DNA of 64,000 nucleotides from Burkholderiales bacterium (GTDB lineage Bacteria; Pseudomonadota; Gammaproteobacteria; Burkholderiales; SG8-39): NCBI GenBank assembly GCA_050741515.1, contig JBOIFD010000414.1, positions 14,599 to 78,598 of the forward strand, read 5' to 3'. Shown piece by piece: positions 38,507 to 46,888 of this stretch (position 1 is its first letter; each line of letters starts with the position of its first letter). The notes under the pieces were generated by a model. It saw only the letters and a program-made list of their open reading frames with translations, ran no database searches and was not told where the DNA came from. The position numbers and the translations under genes were made by a program.

Positions 38507-39322
38507 GTGATCAAACGGATCGCGTCCCGCGACAACGCGTCGTACAAGTCGCTCGCGAAGCTCGCGTCGTCCTCCCGCGCGCGCCGGGAGAATCGCGCCG
38601 CGCTGCTCGATGGCCCGCACCTCGTCGCCGCGCTGCAGGCGAGCGGAGGCACCGCCGAGACCCTCGTTGCGAGCGAGAGCGGCTATCGGCGGGACGAGGT
38701 GCGGCGACTCTTCGACGGCACGCCCGCCCGCGAGCGGGTGCTGCTCGCCGACCGGCTGTTCGACGGTCTTGCGCAAGTGGTCACGCCGACCGGGATCCTG
38801 GCGGTCGTGCGCACCCCGGACGCCCGCCCGCTCCCGGCGAAACCGGAGACCTGCCTGCTGCTCGAGGCGATCCAGGATCCGGGAAATCTCGGCTCGATCC
38901 TGCGCACGGCAGTCGCTGCGGGCGTGCGCCAGGTGTTTCTCGGTGAGGGCTCGGTCTTCGCCTGGTCCCCCAAGGTGCTGCGCGCCGGGCAGGGCGCCCA
39001 TTTCTTCCTGACGATCCACGAAGACGCGCCGCTCGTGGTACTCGCCGAGCGCTTCGCCGGCACCGTCGTCGCCACCGACCCGCGCGCCGCGCGCTCGGTG
39101 TTCGATCTCGACCTCGCCGCGGGTCCGGTGGCCTGGATCTTCGGCAGCGAGGGCGGGGGCGTGTCGGCGACGCTCGCGGCGGCCGCGAACGCACCGGCGA
39201 GGATCCCGATGCCGGGCCCGGCCGAGTCGCTCAACCTCGCCGCGGCCGCCGCGGTCTGCCTGTTCGAGCAGGTGCGGCAGCGTTCGGGCCGCCGCCCGTC
39301 GGCCTCGCTAGTGGGCTCATAA
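38507..39322 (+). CDS. TrmH/SpoU-family RNA 2'-O-methyltransferase
   Basis: It has the SPOUT motifs LEAIQDPGNLGSILRTAVAAG, IFGSEGGGVS and IPMPGPAESLNLAAAAAVCLFE. The start is uncertain: GTG at 38507, against the ORF-track start at 38459, which overlaps rnhB. Confidence 0.75.
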   Translation: MIKRIASRDNASYKSLAKLASSSRARRENRAALLDGPHLVAALQASGGTAETLVASESGYRRDEVRRLFDGTPARERVLLADRLFDGLAQVVTPTGILAVVRTPDARPLPAKPETCLLLEAIQDPGNLGSILRTAVAAGVRQVFLGEGSVFAWSPKVLRAGQGAHFFLTIHEDAPLVVLAERFAGTVVATDPRAARSVFDLDLAAGPVAWIFGSEGGGVSATLAAAANAPARIPMPGPAESLNLAAAAAVCLFEQVRQRSGRRPSASLVGS

Positions 39323-39374
39323 TCGGGTCCGGCGATGGGGCATACTGCCGAGGTTACGGAGCCGCGAAGGGAAG

Positions 39375-40130
39375 ATGTCAGAGCCGTTGAGCGGTAAGGT
39401 CGCGCTGGTCACGGGCGGATCGCGCGGCATCGGCCGCGCGATCGCGCAGAAGCTGGCCGCCGCGGGATGCGACGTAGCGGTCAACTACTACAACAGCCAC
39501 GCGGCGGCCGAAGCGCTGTGCGCCGAGCTCCGCGGGATGGGGCGGCGCGCGTACCCGATCCAGGCGCGCGTCGGCGAGCCGGAGAGCGTCGCCGAGCTGT
39601 TCGCCGAGTTCGGCAAGCGCTTCGAACGGCTCGACATCCTGGTGAGCAACGCGGCCAGCGGCGTACTCAAGCCCGCGCTCGAGCTCACCCTCAAGCATTG
39701 GCGATGGTGCCTGGAGACCAACGCGCTCGCGCTCAACCTGCTCGCCCAGCGCGCGGTCCCGCTGATGCCTGCAGGGGGCCGCATCATCGCGATGTCCAGC
39801 CTCGGCGCGCAGCGGGCGAGCCCTACCTACGGCTTCGTGGGGGCATCGAAAGCGGCCTTGGAATCGCTGGTCCGCACCTTGGCGCAGGAACTGGGACCAC
39901 GGGGCATCCGGGTGAACGCGGTAAGCGCAGGGGTCGTCGATACCGACGCGCTGCAGTTCTTTCCCAACCGCGACCAGATGCTCGCCGCTTTCGCGGAGCG
40001 CGCGCCGGCCGGGCCGGTGCTCACGGTCCAGGACGTCGCCGGAGCCGTGTACCTCCTCTGTTTGCCGGAGGCCGGAATGGTGACCGGACACACGCTGGTC
40101 GTGGACGGCGGATTCGCGATCTCGGGCTGA
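39375..40130 (+). CDS. FabL-like enoyl-ACP reductase (SDR family)
   Basis: 251-aa ORF. It aligns by eye along its whole length with B. subtilis FabL as I recall it: ALVTGGSRGIGRAIA, VSNAASGVLKPALELTLKHWRW, SSLGAQRASPTYGFVGASKAALESL, VNAVSAGVVDTDALQFFPNR and TLVVDGG. Confidence 0.72.
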   Translation: MSEPLSGKVALVTGGSRGIGRAIAQKLAAAGCDVAVNYYNSHAAAEALCAELRGMGRRAYPIQARVGEPESVAELFAEFGKRFERLDILVSNAASGVLKPALELTLKHWRWCLETNALALNLLAQRAVPLMPAGGRIIAMSSLGAQRASPTYGFVGASKAALESLVRTLAQELGPRGIRVNAVSAGVVDTDALQFFPNRDQMLAAFAERAPAGPVLTVQDVAGAVYLLCLPEAGMVTGHTLVVDGGFAISG

Positions 40131-40138
40131 GGCGCGCG

Positions 40139-40897
40139 ATGCCGACCGACTCGGGACTCGAGGGCAAGGTCGTGATCGTGACCGGCGGCAGCCGCGGCAT
40201 CGGGCGGGCGATCGTGGAGCGGCTCGCCGCGGAGGGGGCTGACGTCACGTTCTTCTTCCGCGACAACGCCGCGGCCGCCGCGGAGGTCGTCGCCGCCGGA
40301 CGCGCCGCCGAGCGGCGCATCGCGGCCGAGCAGGTCGACGTCCGCGATTCGGCGCGCTGCGCCGCCGCCGTCGAGCGGCTCGTCGAGCGTTGTGGCCGCA
40401 TCGACGTGCTCGTCAACAATGCCGGGGTGATCCGTGATAATCTTCTGGCCCTGCTCGAGGACGCGGACGTGCGGACCGTGCTCGAGACCAACGTCGGCGG
40501 CGTGTTCAACGTGACCCGCGCAGTGGTTCCGCACATGATTGCCAAGCGCGCCGGCAAGATCATCAATTTGAGCTCGGTCGCCGGCGACAAAGGGGGCCGT
40601 GGCCAGACCAACTACGCCGCCAGCAAAGGTGCCGTCAACGCCCTCACGCGGGCGCTGGCGGTCGAGCTGGCATCGCGCCGGATCACGGTGAACGCCGTGG
40701 CCCCGGGTGTGATCGAGACCGAGATGTCGGAGGGGATTCGCGAGCTCGCGGCCGACGAGGTTCGCTCGCGCATCCTGCTGCGGCGGTTCGGCACGCCGCA
40801 GGAGGTCGCGCACGCGGTGTGGTTTCTCGCCTCCCGGTACGCGGACTACGTCACCGGGCAGGTTCTGCACGTCGACGGCGGCTTCAAGATGGAGTGA
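40139..40897 (+). CDS. FabG-like 3-oxoacyl-ACP reductase (SDR family)
   Basis: ATG at 40139, 8 nt after the previous stop. Motifs are VIVTGGSRGIGRAIV, LVNNAGV, NLSSVAGDKGGRGQTNYAASKGAVNALTR and HVDGGF. Confidence 0.8.
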   Translation: MPTDSGLEGKVVIVTGGSRGIGRAIVERLAAEGADVTFFFRDNAAAAAEVVAAGRAAERRIAAEQVDVRDSARCAAAVERLVERCGRIDVLVNNAGVIRDNLLALLEDADVRTVLETNVGGVFNVTRAVVPHMIAKRAGKIINLSSVAGDKGGRGQTNYAASKGAVNALTRALAVELASRRITVNAVAPGVIETEMSEGIRELAADEVRSRILLRRFGTPQEVAHAVWFLASRYADYVTGQVLHVDGGFKME

Positions 40898-40903
40898 CAG
40901 GCA

Positions 40904-41329
40904 ATGGACAGGGAGATCACCAAGCAAGAGATTCAGGCCGTCTATCCGACGGTCGCGCAGATCCTGGCGGATGCGCTCGGCTGCGACGTCGACCGCGTCA
41001 AGCTGGACGCCTCGCTGATCGAGGACCTCGATGCCGAGTCGATCGATTTCCTGGATCTCGTGTTCCGGCTCGAGCGGGCGTTCAAGGTGAAGATCCCGCG
41101 CGGGAAGATCGTCGAGGACGCGCGCGGGGACCTGCCCGAGTCGGACTTCGAGCAGAAGGGCTACGTGACCGAGGTCGGGCTCAAGCGGCTGCGCGAATTC
41201 CTGAGCGAGGTGCCGCCCGAGCGCTTCCGCACGCCGATGAAGAGCGCGGACATCCCGCGCCTGTTCACCCCCGAGACCTTCTGCAAGGTCGTCGTGCGGG
41301 CGCAGCGGGCTGGCCAAGCCGGCGCCTAG
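40904..41329 (+). CDS. Acyl carrier protein, atypically long (141 aa)
   Basis: It has the phosphopantetheine-attachment context LIEDLDAESIDFLDLVFRLERAF (Ser in the DAES motif). About 50 extra residues follow before the last helix-like segment FTPETFCKVVVRA. It starts 6 nt after the ketoreductase stop. Confidence 0.75.
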   Translation: MDREITKQEIQAVYPTVAQILADALGCDVDRVKLDASLIEDLDAESIDFLDLVFRLERAFKVKIPRGKIVEDARGDLPESDFEQKGYVTEVGLKRLREFLSEVPPERFRTPMKSADIPRLFTPETFCKVVVRAQRAGQAGA

Positions 41330-41361
41330 CGGCGTTCGGCGCTCGCGGCGAGGAAGCCCCG

Positions 41362-42198
41362 ATGACGGAGCGCTTCAGCGCGTTCTCCTTCGTCGACCGG
41401 ATCACGGAGTTCGAGGCCGGCACTCGGGCCACCGGGCAGTTCGCGGTCCCGGAGGGCCTGCCGTCCTTTCCCGCCTGTCTCGTCGCCGAGGCGGTGGGGC
41501 AGCTCGCGGCGTGGGTCGCCATGGCGTGCGTTGGGTTCCGCCGCCGTCCGGTCGCCGGCCTCGCTGGCGAGACCCGTTTCGTCCGGGAGGTGAAGCCCGG
41601 GCAGCGGCTGGATCTCGAGGTCGCTCTGGAGAGCTGCGACGGCGAGGCGGTCGCCTACGGTGGCTGCGCCCGCGTCGCCGGCGCGGAGGTGCTCGCGCTC
41701 AGGCACTGCGTCGGACCCATGCTGCCCCTCGCGGACTTCGACGCTCCGGAGGCCGTGCAAGGACGGTTCCAGGTGCTCCGCGACGGCGGGGCGCCGAGCC
41801 GCGGGTTTCGCGGCGTCGCGCCGCCCGGGCTCGTCGTGATCGAGCGGCGGCCGGGTGAACGGGTCCGCGCCGCGCTCCACGTGCCCGCGGCCGCGCCCTT
41901 CTTCGCCGACCACTTCCCGCGCCGGGCCGTCTTTCCGGGGACGCTCCTGCTCGACTCGCAGATCCGGCTGGCGATGGGACTCGCCGGGGAGCTGCCCCGA
42001 CCGGGCGCGCATCCGTTCGCGCCGTCGCGCGTGAGGGACGTGAAGATCCGCTCGTTCATCCTGCCCGGTCAGGCCGTCGAGATCGAAGCGCAGCTCGCGC
42101 GGGTTGGCGATGTGGCCGAAGCGGCCCTTACCGCCAGGTCCAACGGCAAGCAGATCGCCAGCGCGCGCCTGGAGCTCGCGTCCCGGGAGGCCGCATGA
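41362..42198 (+). CDS. Double-hotdog 3-hydroxyacyl-ACP dehydratase (FabA/FabZ-like C-terminal half)
   Basis: 278 aa. The C-terminal half carries the dehydratase motif FFADHFPRRAVFPGTLLLDSQ. The N-terminal half has hotdog length and style but no His motif. GAGGAAG precedes the ATG at 41362. Confidence 0.7.
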   Translation: MTERFSAFSFVDRITEFEAGTRATGQFAVPEGLPSFPACLVAEAVGQLAAWVAMACVGFRRRPVAGLAGETRFVREVKPGQRLDLEVALESCDGEAVAYGGCARVAGAEVLALRHCVGPMLPLADFDAPEAVQGRFQVLRDGGAPSRGFRGVAPPGLVVIERRPGERVRAALHVPAAAPFFADHFPRRAVFPGTLLLDSQIRLAMGLAGELPRPGAHPFAPSRVRDVKIRSFILPGQAVEIEAQLARVGDVAEAALTARSNGKQIASARLELASREAA

Positions 42199-43514
42199 CC
42201 CAGGGGCGCCGCCGGGTCGCGATCACCGGATTGGGGCTCGTGACGCCGATCGGGTGCGATGTCGCAGCGACCTGGAACGCGCTGCTCGCCGGCCGGAGCG
42301 GCGTAGCGCCGATCAGCCTGTTCGATGCGAGCGGGTTTCCGGTGCGGATTGCGGCCGAGGTGAAGGGCTTTCGCGACCCCGATGCGATCGAGGACCGGAA
42401 GCTTCTCAAGTTCGCCAACCGCTCCCACCGCTTTGCGCTCGCCGCGGCTGAGCAGGCGATCCGGGATGCCGGGATCCGGCCCACCGCCGAGACCGCAGCG
42501 CGCTGGGGCTGCACCGTCGGGGCCGGCATGATGGGCGTGGACTTCGAAGAACTGGCGGACGTCCATCGCCGGTATGCCGCCGATGGCGATCTTCACCCGG
42601 AACTGCTCCCGGACGGGGAGGGCTCCGCGGCGGATCCGATCGCGTTCTCCCGCAGCGTGGCCAATGCGGGGCTGAGCTTGCTGCTGCGTCGATTCGGCAT
42701 CCGGGGCTACGCGACTGCGGTGCACACGGCGTGCGCGTCGGGCGGGCAGGCCGTGGGAACCGCGATGAAGCTGATCCGGCGCGGGAGCGTCGAGCGGGTG
42801 CTCGCCGGCGGGTTCGACTCGATGATCAGCCCGGTCGGCCTCGGCGGGTTCTGCCTTCTCAACGCGCTCTCGACCGACAACGACACGCCCGAGCGCGCCA
42901 GCCGCCCGTTCGACGTGACCCGGAACGGCTTCGTTCTCGGCGAAGGGGCGGGCTTCCTGGTGCTCGAGGAATGGACCCTGGCCCGGGCCCGCGGCGCCCG
43001 GATCTACGCCGAGCTCGCCGGTGACGGCAACTCGCTCAGCAGCTATCGCATCACCGACTCGCACCCGTCCGGGGACGGACCGATCCAGGCGATGCGTCAG
43101 GCGCTGGCGGACGCCGGCGCGACGCCGGACGAAGTCGACTATCTGAACGCGCACGGCACCTCGACCCCCATGAACGATCGGAGCGAATGCGCCGCGGCCC
43201 GCGCGGTCTTCGGTCCCGGCGTCGGCAACGTCGCAGTGAGCTCGACGAAGAGCGTCATGGGGCACCTCATCGCGGCTGCCGGCGCGGTGGAGGCCGCGGT
43301 CTGCGCGCTCGCGATCCACCACGGCCAGCTGCCGGTCAATGCCAACCTCGAGGAGCCCGACCCCGACTGCGACCTGGACATCGTCCGGGGCGAGCCGCGG
43401 CGACGGCCGATCAGGGTCGCGCTGTCGAACTCGCTGGGCTTCGGCGGCTCGAACAGCTGCGTCGCGCTCCGCAACCCCGACGAGGTCGACGGGCGCGCGG
43501 CGCGGGCCCGCTGA
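42195..43514 (+). CDS. Beta-ketoacyl-ACP synthase (KAS I/II type, catalytically complete)
   Basis: 439-aa ORF. The ATG overlaps the dehydratase stop (ATGA). It has the active-site Cys in VHTACASGGQAVG, a His in ITDSHPSG, a His in LNAHGTSTPMND, and the motif KSVMGHLIAAAGAVE. Confidence 0.88.
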   Translation: MTQGRRRVAITGLGLVTPIGCDVAATWNALLAGRSGVAPISLFDASGFPVRIAAEVKGFRDPDAIEDRKLLKFANRSHRFALAAAEQAIRDAGIRPTAETAARWGCTVGAGMMGVDFEELADVHRRYAADGDLHPELLPDGEGSAADPIAFSRSVANAGLSLLLRRFGIRGYATAVHTACASGGQAVGTAMKLIRRGSVERVLAGGFDSMISPVGLGGFCLLNALSTDNDTPERASRPFDVTRNGFVLGEGAGFLVLEEWTLARARGARIYAELAGDGNSLSSYRITDSHPSGDGPIQAMRQALADAGATPDEVDYLNAHGTSTPMNDRSECAAARAVFGPGVGNVAVSSTKSVMGHLIAAAGAVEAAVCALAIHHGQLPVNANLEEPDPDCDLDIVRGEPRRRPIRVALSNSLGFGGSNSCVALRNPDEVDGRAARAR

Positions 43515-43534
43515 ACGCGCCCGCGACAGCTCCG

Positions 43535-44824
43535 ATGGCGGCCACTCGAGTCCTGGTCACCGGCATCGGGGCGGTCTGCGGCGCCGGCCGGACGCCGGAC
43601 GAGATCCTGGACGCGGTGGAGGCCGGCCGCTCGGCCATCTCGCCCATCCGGCAATGGGACACGACGGGGTGGCCGGTGCGGGTGGCGGCCGAGATCCCCG
43701 ATTACAACCCGAACGCGCTGGTTGCGGACCGGAAGCTGCACAAGCTCATCCGGCGCACCGATCTGCTCGGCCTGTACGCGGCCGGGCGGGCGATCGAAGG
43801 CTCCGGGTTCGTCGGCTACCGCGAGACGCTGGATCCCGATGCCGCCACCGCGGCCAACGACCGGATGGGGGTCTACGTCGGGTCGGGCGGCGGCGGGTAC
43901 CAGAATCAGTACGATTTCTTTCCGCTGCTGACCGCGGCCGACGGCGACCTCGGGACATTCGGCCGGGAGCTCGGCGCGACCGTGAACCCGATGTGGCTCC
44001 TGCGGACGTTGCCGAATAACGTGCTGTGTCACGTCGGCATCCGCTACGGGCTCAAGGGGTCGAACGCCTGCGTGACGAACCACGTGGTGGGCGGGACGCT
44101 CGCGGTCATCGAGGCCGTGGCGGCGCTGCGCACGGCCGAGGCCGATCGCGCGGTCGCGATCGGCCACGACGCGCCGATCGAGCCGCAGATGGTCTTCTAC
44201 TACCACCGTGTCGGCCTCCTCGCGACCGAGGCCGTGCGCCCGTTCGACGCCGGTCGCGACGGCAGCCTGTTCGGGGAGGGCGCCGGGGCCCTGGTCGTGG
44301 AGACCGACGCCGCGGCCGCAAGCCGCGGTGCCACCGTAATCGGCGAGATCCTCGGCAGCGGGTGCACCACCGATGCAGAGGGCCTGTTCGCGATCCGGGA
44401 CGACGGCGACGGGCTCGCGCGCGGGATCGAGCTCGCGCTGGAGGACGCCGGCATCCGCGCCGCCGACGTCGGGATGATCTCGGCCCACGGCAACGGCACG
44501 CGGCAGTCGGACGCGTCCGAGGCGGCCGCCATCCGCCGCGTTTTCGGCCCGGCGTCGCCGCCGGTTACCGCGTTCAAGTGGGCCTTCGGTCATCTGATCG
44601 CCGCGTCGGGACCGGTCGAGATCGTGCTGACACTGACGGCGCTGCGGCGAGGAACGGTTCCTGGCGTGGCCACCTTGCGCCGGCTCGACCCGGCATGCGG
44701 CGAGCTGCCGGTGTCGGCCAAGCATCAGACCCCGCGCAGCGACGTGGGGCTCGTCCTGAGCCGGGGCTTCGGAGGAACCAACGCCGCGCTCCTCGTGCGC
44801 GCCGTGCCCGGCAAGACGCGTTGA
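43535..44824 (+). CDS. Ketosynthase paralogue lacking the catalytic Cys (chain-length-factor-like)
   Basis: ATG at 43535 (MAATRVLVTGIGAV). The whole protein is KS-like. At the Cys position it reads ACVTNHVVGGTLAV instead of TACASGG. The first catalytic His region reads GCTTDAEG, with no His. The second His is kept (ISAHGNGT). Confidence 0.75.
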   Translation: MAATRVLVTGIGAVCGAGRTPDEILDAVEAGRSAISPIRQWDTTGWPVRVAAEIPDYNPNALVADRKLHKLIRRTDLLGLYAAGRAIEGSGFVGYRETLDPDAATAANDRMGVYVGSGGGGYQNQYDFFPLLTAADGDLGTFGRELGATVNPMWLLRTLPNNVLCHVGIRYGLKGSNACVTNHVVGGTLAVIEAVAALRTAEADRAVAIGHDAPIEPQMVFYYHRVGLLATEAVRPFDAGRDGSLFGEGAGALVVETDAAAASRGATVIGEILGSGCTTDAEGLFAIRDDGDGLARGIELALEDAGIRAADVGMISAHGNGTRQSDASEAAAIRRVFGPASPPVTAFKWAFGHLIAASGPVEIVLTLTALRRGTVPGVATLRRLDPACGELPVSAKHQTPRSDVGLVLSRGFGGTNAALLVRAVPGKTR

Positions 44825-46086
44825 TGACCGAAGGCGCCGGGCTGCCTCCGCGTTGCGGAATCGACACGGTCGCGATTGCGCGCATCGAGCGGCTGCTCCG
44901 CGAGACACCCGACGAAGACCTCCGCAATCTCTTCTCCCCGGCCGAGTTGGGCGACAGCGGGGACGGTCCGGGCCGCGCGGCGAGCCTCGCGGCACGGTTT
45001 GCCGCGAAGGAGGCGTGCCTCAAGCTGTTCCCGCGCGAGGCAACGCTCGGGCTCCTCGGCCCGGCGGACTTCTCGGTCGCACGCGACGGCTACGGCGCGC
45101 CGTGCGTGGAGTGCAGCCGGGCAGCGCAGGATGTCCTGCATCGCCACCGCGTTCGATCGATCGCGCTCTCGCTTTCGCACGACCGTACGACCGCGTCGGC
45201 GGTCGCGATGACCGAGGCGGCCGAAACGGTGGTCCCGTTCATCGGCAAGCTCGTCTACCACCTGCTCCCGATCCGCCGCGGGGTGATCCTTGCCAACTTG
45301 CGGCGCGTCTTCGGGAGCACGGTCCCCGGGGCCGAGATCAAGCGACTCGCGCAGGCGCATTACGCCCACCTCGCGCGGCTGGCGGGAGAGTTTCTATGGT
45401 ACCCCTGGCTCTCGAAGGCACGGCGAGCGGCGGTCGTGCGGGTCGACAACGTCGCGGCGATCGACGCCGAGCTGGAGCGGGGCACCGGGGCGATCGTGAT
45501 CACCGGCCACTTCGGCAACTGGGAGGTCGCGACCGCCGCGGCGATCAGCTCCAGCCGGTTCGCCTATGCTCGCGGCCGGTTCCAGTTCGTGCGCCGCGCG
45601 CTGAAGCCCGGGTGGTTCGACGCGCTGGTGACGCGGCGCTTCCGCCGCGCCGGCTTCGGCACGCTGCCCAAGCGCGGCGCTCTCGACGCCATCGTCCGCT
45701 GTCTGGAGAAGGGCGACATGGTCGTTTTCCCCTTCGACCAGCACGCCGGCGGAAGGGACGCCATCCAGGTCGAGTTCTTCGGGCATCCGGCGGGGACCTT
45801 CCGCAGCGTGGCGATCATCGCCATGGCCACCGGCGCTCCGGTGCTCCCCGCGGCGAGCTGGCGTGAGCCCGACGGCCGCCATGTCCTGCGCTTCGAGGAA
45901 CCGTTGCCGGTGATCGAGTGCGAGGACGTGAGCGAGGCGATCCGCCGGAACACGCGCGCCTACAACGCCGCCCTGGAACGCCTGATCCTGCGCCGCCCCG
46001 AGCAGTGGTGGTGGGTCCATCGGCGCTGGAAAGGGGCGCCGCGCGCGCACGATCAGGGCGTCAGTACACCCGGCGCTCGAGCCTGA
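44824..46086 (+). CDS. Fusion protein: AcpS-type 4'-phosphopantetheinyl transferase + LpxL/HtrB-family (lysophospholipid/lipid A) acyltransferase
   Basis: The ATG shares one nt with the previous stop (TGATG). Residues ~10-125 carry AcpS-like motifs: [28 protein letters not shown] and LSLSHD. Residues ~130-420 carry ITGHFGNWE (the H-x4-D/E acyltransferase box as I recall it for PF03279) and end in [11 protein letters not shown], which is typical of that family. Confidence 0.7.
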   Translation: MTEGAGLPPRCGIDTVAIARIERLLRETPDEDLRNLFSPAELGDSGDGPGRAASLAARFAAKEACLKLFPREATLGLLGPADFSVARDGYGAPCVECSRAAQDVLHRHRVRSIALSLSHDRTTASAVAMTEAAETVVPFIGKLVYHLLPIRRGVILANLRRVFGSTVPGAEIKRLAQAHYAHLARLAGEFLWYPWLSKARRAAVVRVDNVAAIDAELERGTGAIVITGHFGNWEVATAAAISSSRFAYARGRFQFVRRALKPGWFDALVTRRFRRAGFGTLPKRGALDAIVRCLEKGDMVVFPFDQHAGGRDAIQVEFFGHPAGTFRSVAIIAMATGAPVLPAASWREPDGRHVLRFEEPLPVIECEDVSEAIRRNTRAYNAALERLILRRPEQWWWVHRRWKGAPRAHDQGVSTPGARA

Positions 46087-46888
46087 CCTCCTGGAGGATC
46101 GTGGTGGCGATCTCCTCGATCGAGCGGGTCGTCGAGCTCAGCCACGGGATGCCGAAGCGACGCATCAGCCGCTCGGCCTGCTCGACTTCGTGGCGGCAGT
46201 TCTCGAGTCGCGCGTAGCGGCTGTCGGGACGTCGCTGGTTGCGAATCTCGGCCAGCCGATCCGGTGCGATCGTGAGCCCGTAGAGCTTCTTCAGGTGTGC
46301 CTCGAGCGGCCCCGGGAGCGTGCCGCGCTCGAAGTCGTCGGGGGTGAGCGGCATGTTCGCCGCCTTGATGCCGAACTGCAGCGCCAGGTACAGGCAAGTC
46401 GGGGTCTTGCCGCTCCGCGAGACGCCGACCAGGACGACGTCGGCTTTGGCGAGCTCCTGGCTGCCGAGGCCGTCGTCGTGGGCGAGCGAGAAGTTGATCG
46501 CTTCGATCCGATCCAGGTACCCCTTACTGTTCGCCGCGCTGTGCGAGCGCCCGACGGTGTGGGTGGAGCGCGCCCCGAGCTCCGCCTCCAGCGGACCGAG
46601 GAAGCCCTCGAAGAAATCCAGCACGAGGGCGTCCGCTTCGCGCAGCGCGTTCCGCACCTCGTCGTTGACCAGCGTGCAGAACACGATCGGCCGCGTGCCC
46701 GAACGCGCCTTCGCTTCCTCGATCCCGGCAACGCACTGGCGCGCCTTGGCCACGGTGTCGACGAACGGCAGGACCGTCTGCGCGAACTCGATATCCTCGA
46801 ACTGCGTGAGCAGGCCGTGGCCGAGCGTCTCGGCCGAGATGCCCGTGCCGTCGGAGATGAAGAAGACTGTGCGGTTGCGATGAGGCAT
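46061..46888 (-). CDS. ppsR: PEP synthase regulatory protein (kinase/pyrophosphorylase)
   Basis: Only the last 275 aa of the 1062-aa ORF 46061..49249 look real: [27 protein letters not shown]..., with the P-loop [18 protein letters not shown]. It is divergent from ppsA. Confidence 0.9.
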   Translation of the reverse strand: MPHRNRTVFFISDGTGISAETLGHGLLTQFEDIEFAQTVLPFVDTVAKARQCVAGIEEAKARSGTRPIVFCTLVNDEVRNALREADALVLDFFEGFLGPLEAELGARSTHTVGRSHSAANSKGYLDRIEAINFSLAHDDGLGSQELAKADVVLVGVSRSGKTPTCLYLALQFGIKAANMPLTPDDFERGTLPGPLEAHLKKLYGLTIAPDRLAEIRNQRRPDSRYARLENCRHEVEQAERLMRRFGIPWLSSTTRSIEEIATTILQEVRLERRVY

